Positions 56,813 through 64,000 of a stretch of DNA of 64,000 nucleotides are shown in pieces. The stretch covers positions 1 through 64,000 of the forward strand of contig JBEUKZ010000070.1 of NCBI GenBank assembly GCA_048128005.1. The letters run 5' to 3'. Under the pieces are notes generated by a model. It was given only the letters and a program-made list of their open reading frames with translations. It made no database searches and was not told the origin of the DNA. The translations under genes and the position numbers were made by a program. The stretch comes from Veleropilina oligotropha. Taxonomy: Eukaryota. Numbering within the stretch: the stretch's first letter is position 1; every line of letters begins with the position of its first letter.

Positions 56813-59698
56813 TCACCGTGTATGTAACCTAGATGTCCTGGTAATGCAGTGTTGCGCCGCAACACATTGAATACTGGACAAACCATCCGCGCCAGTCGAG
56901 AAATCGCGTAAATAATGTTTCACAAATACGTTCGGATTTCTCCAATACCCTGCTTGTAGCAGGGAGGTAATATTCAGACAATGTCTGAATGCCAGGCTCG
57001 TCGATATCGCTCTTGTTTCATGGGCACGGACCGCAATAAGGTTGCGGTCAGCTTCGTTGGAATTAGAGTAAATCTGCTGAACCGTCCGACATATCCATCT
57101 CGAGATAGTATTCTTCGATACATCGCGGGTGAAATTTGGCAAATACGAAATAAATAAGCGTTTTTTGCCACGACGGAAGTCACGTGTTCGGTCCAGGTAG
57201 TAGCGAAGCGCGCGCACCGGGCAGTTGAGTCGATCGATATCATTTCTACCGACAATAGAAAGAGTAGGAATAACGACTTCTGGAGCAATATCGCCTGGCC
57301 GCTGGTTTTTAGCAATAAATCCTAATATAGGACGTAAAATGACCGATCCGTCAGACTGGAATCTAATATCACGGAGCTCTGCTGAGAAGCTGTGTATCTC
57401 AGAAACCCTTTTGCCCGACGCAAACGCAATTAGAAATACGGTTTTGTAAGTAAGGTTACGTATGGAAGCATTACGTAACGGCTCAAACGGGCTTTCTAGC
57501 AGAGTTCTTTCGAGTTCGTAGGACCTGATTAAATCAGAAAAAGTACGGTCTGACGATAAGTCAATTCGGGAACGACATTGTTTGAGTGTAGTCGAGATAG
57601 AGGCCCGATAACCTTTGACGGCCGAAACAGAAAGTCCTCGTTCGAATAACGACGTAATGAACTCGATAAATTTGTTCACAGGGGGACGGAGTATATTAAC
57701 TTCCCGCCTGTGACACCAATCCACATATTTGACCCATCGGTAGTCATAGACTTTAGATGTAGATTGTCTTCGCGATCGGTAAATGCGGAGGGCTGTAGCG
57801 CGAGAAAATCCTTTCTCAACAAGCGATCGTTCGATAACCGCCATGCGTGTAAACGAAGTTCGTTTGGCGACGGGTGTAACACCCGTGAGCGTGGTTGCAT
57901 TAGCAGGTCCAGCCTTTGCGGTAACGCAAGCGGTCGATCGACGATTAGATCGAGAAGAGTCGGAAACCAAGACTGCGTGCGATTGAGGGGCGCTATTAGC
58001 GTTATCTCGCAGCGGTCTCGCGCTGCCTTCTGTAGTACAAGTCGTAATATGGACGACGGGGGGAAGGCGTACGCGATCAGATTCTCCCATGTCATTGACA
58101 ACGCGTCGACCGCAAGGGCGGCCGGGTCTGGGTACGGGGAGACATACAGAGGGAGTCGGTGATTGAACTCTGTTGCAAACAGGTCGACTTGGGGTTGAGA
58201 CCACCGGCGGCAAACCTCCCGAGCTACACGGCTGTGTAGCGTCCACTCTGTGTGTATAATCTGCGATTTCCGAGAGAGCGAGTCCGCTCGGACGTTCAAT
58301 ATTCCCGGGATGTGTCGTGCTCGTATCGTCGAGTTGAGGGACATCACTAAGCGGTGTAGGTTGATTGCTCGGTCGCATAGGGGACGCGAGCGAGTGCCGC
58401 CCTGGTGTTGAACGTATGCAACGACAGTCGTGTTGTCCGTGGCGAGCAGTATGTGCTTGTTGCGGAGATGTGACGAGAAGGACCGTACTGTCAGGTAGAC
58501 CGCCTCTAGTTCTAGATAGTTTATGTGTCGTCCCTGCAGGTCCGTCGGCCAAAGGCCCGATGTCTCGTGACTGTCGAGGTGACCTCCCCAGCCCTCGTTC
58601 GAAGCGTCCGTGTATAGGAAGGCGTTCGGCTCTGGCGGGGAAATGGGAACCGACTGGCTCGGCAATGCAGGGTTCAGCCACACTGCTGTCGAGTGATTGA
58701 ACCAATGCCGAAGATCTATGCGATCCGTCCACTGTCCCGTCCGTTGCACCCAGCGGTCCCTGAAGGCCTGCTGTAACGGTCGTTTGTCCATTCGTCCTGT
58801 CGGTAGCAGGGGCGCTACCGACTCGATGTGCCCCAGGACAGTGGCCAGTTGTCGCGCCGTGGCTATCCCCGATGACCTTGTGTCCTGGATAACTGCGCGT
58901 AGGTTCACAATACGTTTGTCGGTCGGCTTCGCGGTGTACCGAACCGTGTCGAAGACGACTCCGAGGAACGTAAACGTCGTCGAGGGCACGAAGCAGGATT
59001 TCTCGTTGTTGATCTGTAATCCTAGGCGCTTCGCCGATGACAGGGTAACGCTCATAGACTGGAGGCACCGATCCCGGGACGCCCCGAGAATCAACCAGTC
59101 GTCGAGATACATGTGTACTCTGTGCCCTAGCGAGTGTAGGAAGGCCCCGAGGGCCTGTACTACCCGCGTGAAGACGTAGGGGGCTGACGATAGACCGAAC
59201 GGTAGGCACCTGAATTGGTAGATCGTCCCCCCGTGTAGAAACCTGAGGTACTGATGAGCCGAGGCATGCATCGGAACGTGCAAGTACGCATCTGTCAGGT
59301 CGATAGACGCTGCCCAGTCGCCCGGACGGATGGCCGCTCGTATCTTCGAGAGTGTTTCTTGCTGGAACTTCTCGGTACGCAAATAGCGGTTGAGGTGCGA
59401 GAGATCGAGGATCGGTCTCCAGCGGCCATCGGGTTTCGGGACCAGGAAGAAATGGCTGTAAAATCCTGGTGTGCTGGGCGGCGCGGGATAGATGGCTCTT
59501 TTTAAGAGTAAGTCCCGCACTGCCTGGTCTAAGACCGCTTGCTTCTCTCCTTGAAGGAGGCGAGCGTGTCTTGGTGGTGGTGTCACGGATAGGGTTGGAT
59601 GCCGGTTGAAACTCAACTTGTATCCAGCACTCACGACAGAGTGGACCCAGCTGCTGTCTGTTAACTCTAGCCACGTCTGGCTGTAGCCTAACAGGCAC
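56813..59698 (-). CDS. DIRS tyrosine recombinase ORF (17-codon in-frame deletion relative to family A)
   Basis: SGKRVSEI, FIAKNQ, AHETRA, GYW, FVKHY. Confidence 0.9.
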   Translation of the reverse strand: MPVRLQPDVARVNRQQLGPLCRECWIQVEFQPASNPIRDTTTKTRSPPSRREASGLRPGSAGLTLKKSHLSRAAQHTRILQPFLPGPETRWPLETDPRSLAPQPLFAYREVPARNTLEDTSGHPSGRLGSVYRPDRCVLARSDACLGSSVPQVSTRGDDLPIQVPTVRSIVSPLRLHAGSTGPRGLPTLARAQSTHVSRRLVDSRGVPGSVPPVYERYPVIGEAPRITDQQREILLRALDDVYVPRSRLRHGSVHREADRQTYCEPTRSYPGHKVIGDSHGATTGHCPGAHRVGSAPATDRTNGQTTVTAGLQGPLGATDGTVDGSHRSSALVQSLDSSVAEPCIAEPVGSHFPARAERLPIHGRFERGLGRSPRQSRDIGPLADGPAGTTHKLSRTRGGLPDSTVLLVTSPQQAHTARHGQHDCRCIRSTPGRHSLASPMRPSNQPTPLSDVPQLDDTSTTHPGNIERPSGLALSEIADYTHRVDATQPCSSGGLPPVVSTPSRPVCNRVQSPTPSVCLPVPRPGRPCGRRVVNDMGESDRVRLPPVVHITTCTTEGSARPLRDNANSAPQSHAVLVSDSSRSNRRSTACVTAKAGPANATTLTGVTPVAKRTSFTRMAVIERSLVEKGFSRATALRIYRSRRQSTSKVYDYRWVKYVDWCHRREVNILRPPVNKFIEFITSLFERGLSVSAVKGYRASISTTLKQCRSRIDLSSDRTFSDLIRSYELERTLLESPFEPLRNASIRNLTYKTVFLIAFASGKRVSEIHSFSAELRDIRFQSDGSVILRPILGFIAKNQRPGDIAPEVVIPTLSIVGRNDIDRLNCPVRALRYYLDRTRDFRRGKKRLFISYLPNFTRDVSKNTISRWICRTVQQIYSNSNEADRNLIAVRAHETRAISTSLAFRHCLNITSLLQAGYWRNPNVFVKHYLRDFSTGADGLSSIQCVAAQHCITRTSRLHTR

Positions 59699-59856
59699 GC
59701 TCCCACCGGCGGGAGCGCGCAGCTGAGCACGTCGCGAGTGCCGGCAACCCTAGGGCCGTGACGGCTTCCCTCTCCCGCTCTGACGGGATTTAGTTGGAGG
59801 GCCTTTCTTCTCGCTGGATTTCCGGGCCGGAGGCCCACCCCGAGAAGGTCTGGCAC
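57676..59856 (-). CDS. DIRS RT - RNase H - methyltransferase-like ORF
   Basis: YLDDWL, YTDAS, HINYLELEA, VDLFAT...YAFPP; no stops. Confidence 0.95.
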   Translation of the reverse strand: MPDLLGVGLRPGNPARRKALQLNPVRAGEGSRHGPRVAGTRDVLSCALPPVGACLLGYSQTWLELTDSSWVHSVVSAGYKLSFNRHPTLSVTPPPRHARLLQGEKQAVLDQAVRDLLLKRAIYPAPPSTPGFYSHFFLVPKPDGRWRPILDLSHLNRYLRTEKFQQETLSKIRAAIRPGDWAASIDLTDAYLHVPMHASAHQYLRFLHGGTIYQFRCLPFGLSSAPYVFTRVVQALGAFLHSLGHRVHMYLDDWLILGASRDRCLQSMSVTLSSAKRLGLQINNEKSCFVPSTTFTFLGVVFDTVRYTAKPTDKRIVNLRAVIQDTRSSGIATARQLATVLGHIESVAPLLPTGRMDKRPLQQAFRDRWVQRTGQWTDRIDLRHWFNHSTAVWLNPALPSQSVPISPPEPNAFLYTDASNEGWGGHLDSHETSGLWPTDLQGRHINYLELEAVYLTVRSFSSHLRNKHILLATDNTTVVAYVQHQGGTRSRPLCDRAINLHRLVMSLNSTIRARHIPGILNVRADSLSRKSQIIHTEWTLHSRVAREVCRRWSQPQVDLFATEFNHRLPLYVSPYPDPAALAVDALSMTWENLIAYAFPPSSILRLVLQKAARDRCEITLIAPLNRTQSWFPTLLDLIVDRPLALPQRLDLLMQPRSRVLHPSPNELRLHAWRLSNDRLLRKDFLALQPSAFTDREDNLHLKSMTTDGSNMWIGVTGGKLIYSVPL

Positions 59857-62005
59857 GCTTGGAAGCTTTCGCGCCCCGAGTCGGGGCCGAACGCTTCCTT
59901 GAGGGGGCAGGTTGAGTACCCCGAGGGGTAGTCAATACTGCGCGCTCAATCGCGCGATCTTTCAGCTCGACGGCTCTCTTGTCGACGAATTCGGTGAACT
60001 CGCCTCCGAAGAGAGTCGGGGCCGACAAGGGCACACATCGCAGAGAACGCCGGGTGGCGTCATCTAACGATGTTCCCTCGAGGCAGGCATCCCTACGAAG
60101 TAGGAGCGCATTACCTAAGACACGCGCGGACTCCAACGCGTTGTTCTCCGTTGCGGCAGCAACCTCGTGGAGGAAGGACAGGGCGGTCTCGCGAGCGCCG
60201 GGTCGGTCCTCCTGTAGAACGGCTATCGCACCGTCCAGGAACGAGTCCTGAACAGACGACAGCCGCAGAGCTCGTCGGGCACAGCTCTCGAAGGCATCCA
60301 TGGCGGCCCATGGTACCTTCGCTACCGAGGGAGCTTGACTGGCAGACAGACGACGCATCGCTACGTCAATCTGTGCTGGCTCAGTCACCAGGCACGGCTC
60401 AGAAAGCGCGATCGGTAACGGTCGCGAACTAGGCCGGAGGTATCGTCCTCTACGGAGGCCCCGAGGGAACTCCGTAAGAGAAGACGTCTCCACTGTCTTG
60501 CCTCCCTGAATGGCCCGGGTGGTCTGATCCAGAACCAGATCCACCAAGCCAGACTGGGGGAGTACGGGAAGCTGGGGAGCTTCCGACTCAGCAAAACGGT
60601 GTGCTGCCGTCCTGTGCTTGATCATACCTACCGGACGAGCCGGGTCGGGTAGATCTAGCACCCCGCGAAGCGACGCGACGGCGTCGTGTCTTCGGCGGGT
60701 GGCGGAGATCGGCTCCTGCAAGCCTGATTGACTACGAGAGTCATCGGGACCGACCGATTCAAGAAGATCGGAGCGATCGGAGGGGACGTCCTCGTCGGAA
60801 CGAGGGTCGACCTCCATCACCGAGGCAGGAGCCGTGCTCTGGGCCACGAGCAGAGGAGCAGAGACCTGGGGCGGCTGAACAGCCGGTAGCCAGGCCCTAC
60901 TGCGGGCCTCGAATTCCGCCGCAATCATTGCATGGACGCTCTCCAAAGAGAGACCAACAGGCAAGACGGGCGTCGATCCAACAGCCAGTGGATCGCTCGA
61001 GGACATCGTGGCGCATGGTAGACGGGCTGCTGGGCCAGATTGATATGAGAACCAGGGTCTCACATCACCTGACGAGCGGGTACTCGCGGAGAACGGGCCA
61101 AAAGGCGTGTTAACCGGAGCGCGACTCCCGAAAGACTGCGGCCACAGTCCCGTGGGGGTCGCCGCTCTGTTCAGGGGGTAGACGGGGGAAGCTCCCGCGT
61201 ACATACCCATCCCGAACGCAGCCGGTCCGTCCGCGCCAACTAGTCCGAGCCCAAAGGGGTCAGGGGAGTTGGCGGGCCCTCCGACAAGACTGGGAGCTCC
61301 GAGGTGTAAGGACGAACCCTGGGGAGGGTCGGTCGCACCATCGGCCAGTGAGTCGGGTGTCGTTGGTGGTCCGGATCTTAAACCACCGTGGTGGTGTCCG
61401 GCAACTGTTCCAACTTGCTCTGCCGTCCGTAGTATGCCGCTCGGCATACCACTTGTGACAGAAGGACTAGCCGTCCCCTGCTCTTCCGAGGCCGAAAGAG
61501 AGGAAGGGGATAGCCTGCCCTGCTCAGCTGTTCGCTGTAAGGTCCGGTGTACCATGCTAGCCGGCATGGCACTAGTGGACGCAGCTACTAGGCCCGTAGT
61601 ACGAGGAGAAACGGACAGCGCTCGGGCTCCTCTTACCTGGTCTTGAACCTGGGACGCCGGCGAGGTATCCACGGTTTTCCCCAAAACCGTAGCGGTTTCG
61701 TCGGCGGGTCCTGCAACCTGCGATGCCCCAGTTCGCTGGTCGCGTCGCGTCCCTAAAACAGACGAATCAGTAGAAATTAGCCCTGACTTACCCGTCGTCT
61801 GTTTTTCCGGGGGAAGCCCAACAGAGACGGACTCCCTGGTAGCCGTCGTCCCTGGTGGGTAGATGAGCGCCCACTGCCGATCCGTTAAAAGTAGACATTT
61901 AGCACAGGGGTATCTCTTAGCACAACTACGGTGAATGCGACATACCGAATGCTTGTCGAAGCTGTGTATCTTTTGGCTACACTCAGGCTCACTGCAACGG
62001 ACCAT
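59750..62005 (-). CDS. DIRS gag-like ORF1, 751 aa
   Basis: First ORF of the element; N-terminal Cys/His cluster (C-x4-C...H-x2-C-x2-H-x2-C...C-x2-C); conserved LLRRD...LFG block; basic tail. Confidence 0.9.
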   Translation of the reverse strand: MVRCSEPECSQKIHSFDKHSVCRIHRSCAKRYPCAKCLLLTDRQWALIYPPGTTATRESVSVGLPPEKQTTGKSGLISTDSSVLGTRRDQRTGASQVAGPADETATVLGKTVDTSPASQVQDQVRGARALSVSPRTTGLVAASTSAMPASMVHRTLQRTAEQGRLSPSSLSASEEQGTASPSVTSGMPSGILRTAEQVGTVAGHHHGGLRSGPPTTPDSLADGATDPPQGSSLHLGAPSLVGGPANSPDPFGLGLVGADGPAAFGMGMYAGASPVYPLNRAATPTGLWPQSFGSRAPVNTPFGPFSASTRSSGDVRPWFSYQSGPAARLPCATMSSSDPLAVGSTPVLPVGLSLESVHAMIAAEFEARSRAWLPAVQPPQVSAPLLVAQSTAPASVMEVDPRSDEDVPSDRSDLLESVGPDDSRSQSGLQEPISATRRRHDAVASLRGVLDLPDPARPVGMIKHRTAAHRFAESEAPQLPVLPQSGLVDLVLDQTTRAIQGGKTVETSSLTEFPRGLRRGRYLRPSSRPLPIALSEPCLVTEPAQIDVAMRRLSASQAPSVAKVPWAAMDAFESCARRALRLSSVQDSFLDGAIAVLQEDRPGARETALSFLHEVAAATENNALESARVLGNALLLRRDACLEGTSLDDATRRSLRCVPLSAPTLFGGEFTEFVDKRAVELKDRAIERAVLTTPRGTQPAPSRKRSAPTRGAKASKRARPSRGGPPARKSSEKKGPPTKSRQSGRGKPSRP

Positions 62006-63066
62006 AGCTGTTACACGGGTAGGAAAGGTAGTGGGAACCGGGAATTTAGGGATATCCGGGTAGTACGCTTCGTGTTAAACTACTACACCTTATATAGGGG
62101 TCTCTAATCCGAGTATAAAGGAAAAGACCGGATATTGACCCTAAATGTTATGAATCACACTTCGGTACAACCGAAGAACAGACAAGTAACCCGACTAGAA
62201 TATAAACCAAGCCCGACGTACAAGCTTTATTAAAACGGCTTGTCGGACACTAACAAATTGAATTCAGGCGGATATATATAGATAGTAGGAGGCTATATAT
62301 AGAAACAGCCGCCTTTAAACACCTGAAAACCTCGTGGGTGTTGATTTCAAAAGGTTAGAGCTTTGGCGAAATATCCCAGATTCGGCAGATAGGCTAAATA
62401 ACGCACGTTAATACCTAAATATCTGCCTTGTTAGCGACGCTAAATTCGATTGAACAAGGTTACTAAGAATTTAAGCAAGATGCGCCGCTAAGGAATTATC
62501 TAATATATAAATGAATTACAAGTAATTTCAAGCAATATTAGAACACAAACACTTCCTGCTATGAAAGGATTCGCCTATGCGAAGCTTTCCTGCTTGAAGA
62601 ACGTTCCCTCCTGAGCGGCCCTCTTTAGATCTTTACATCGTAAATTCCAAGATGGCGGGCCGAAAACCTCGTGGCCAGAATCTCACAACTTTTAAACTTT
62701 GCAAAGTCGGCCTAATACTCCGAACACAGTTCTAAAACGTCTTCAGTTCATAGATATATATGAATGGCACAATATTGTGCGACAGAAACTTATTTAAAAG
62801 TAACTTCTGATAGTCTAATTTCTTGACTACTGAAAAGCACGTCCGGACAGACTGACGGAAGACTTAAAAAGGATACCAGATCTGTCTTGGTCTCTGAGGT
62901 CTCGCGAGACTTGGGCAGATCTCGTGGGAGGAACGCGAGAGAGGTGAGCAGGGGGGGTAAGCGTGTAAGTTTAAATGAAAGTGAAACGCTTTTTCACAGT
63001 TTCCGGTTTGGCGATAATAAGGCTATTATGGCATAGGTAATGACGTAGAGTATATTGCTACTAATA

Positions 63067-63937
63067 CTGGGCGACCAGTGGAACTGAAACACAAAGACAA
63101 GCATACGGATGCTGGGTGACTAGAGGAACTGGAACACAAAGACAAGCATACTGATACTGGGTGACTAGAGAAACTGGAACACAAGACAAGCATACTGATG
63201 CTGGGTGACTAGAGGAACTGGAACACAAAGACAAGCATACTGATGCTGGGTGACTAGAGAAACTGGAACACAAAGACAAGCATACTGATGCTGGGCGACC
63301 AGTGGAACTGAAACACAAAGACAAGCATACTGATGCTGGGTGACTAGAGAAACTGAAACACAAAGACAAGCATACTGATGCTGGGTGACTAGAGAAACTG
63401 GAACACAAAGACAAGCATACTGATGCTGGGCGACCAGTGGAACTGGAACACAAAGACAAGCATACTGATGCTGGGTGACTAGAGGAACTGGAACACAAAG
63501 ACAAGCATACTGATACTGTGGGACTGGAGGAACGGGAACACAAAGACAAGCATACTGATACTGGGTGACTAGAGGAACTGGAACACAAAGACAAGCATAC
63601 TGATACTGTGGGATTGGAGGAACGGGAACACAAAGACAAGCATACTGATACTGGGTGACTAGAGAAACTGGAACACAAAGACAAGCATACTGAAACTGGG
63701 CGACCAGTGGAACTGGAACACAAAGACAAGCATACTGATACTGGGTGACTAGAGAAACTGAAACACAAAGACAAGCATACTGATGCTGGGTGACTAGAGG
63801 AACTGGAACACAAAGACAAGCATACTGACGCTGGGCGACCAGTGGAACTGGAACACAAAGACAAGCATACTGATACTGGGTGACTAGAGAAACTGAAACA
63901 CAAAGACAAGCATACTGATGCTGGGTGACTAGAGAAA
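63067..63937. repeat. 45-bp satellite, ~19 units (continuation)
   Basis: Same unit; resumes mid-unit exactly where 55606 stopped. Confidence 0.97.
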
Positions 63938-64000
63938 ATGAGGTTTTAATGTAAACCTAATATTAGTATAAAACATACTTACGTCCTTACTCTTGCCATA
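63938..64000 (-). mobile_element. 3' terminus of DIRS copy 5 (family A), cut by the window edge
   Basis: atgaggtttt...acctaatattag...catacttacgtccttactcttgccata matches the termini of copies 1-3. Confidence 0.9.

Larger units (their letters stand above)
55607..63066 (-). mobile_element. DIRS copy 4 (divergent family B), full length ~7.46 kb, three open ORFs
   Basis: 187-bp ITRs (55647-55833 and 62861-63047) and ICR ~55912-56000; inserted inside one satellite unit. Confidence 0.97.

Overview
AT-rich animal genomic DNA. The repeat types suggest a mollusc or other lophotrochozoan, which is an inference. The window holds the 3' ~1,750 codons of a minus-strand Dicer-1 gene as 14 GT-AG exons with consistent phases, from 37671 down to the stop at 2992. 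The first exon(s), encoding helicase motif I, were not found and presumably lie beyond 64000. The introns are heavily invaded. Five DIRS-type tyrosine-recombinase retrotransposons from two families all lie in the same orientation as Dicer: one is nested in another and two sit in a 45-bp satellite. Also present are Harbinger-like, Academ, Tc1, hAT-like, Helitron, HINE and SINE elements. Four observations stand out. (1) Inverted DIRS ITRs bracket an in-frame, phase-1/phase-1 block of 1,899 nt encoding most of the helicase plus DUF283. (2) The DIRS leader carries a conserved, apparently structured spliceosomal intron with compensatory changes. (3) Several minisatellites are tandem copies of Dicer's own splice junctions. 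(4) The ICR co-varies with the element termini, which records how DIRS ends are regenerated. All coordinates and identities were read by eye, and functional claims are hypotheses.
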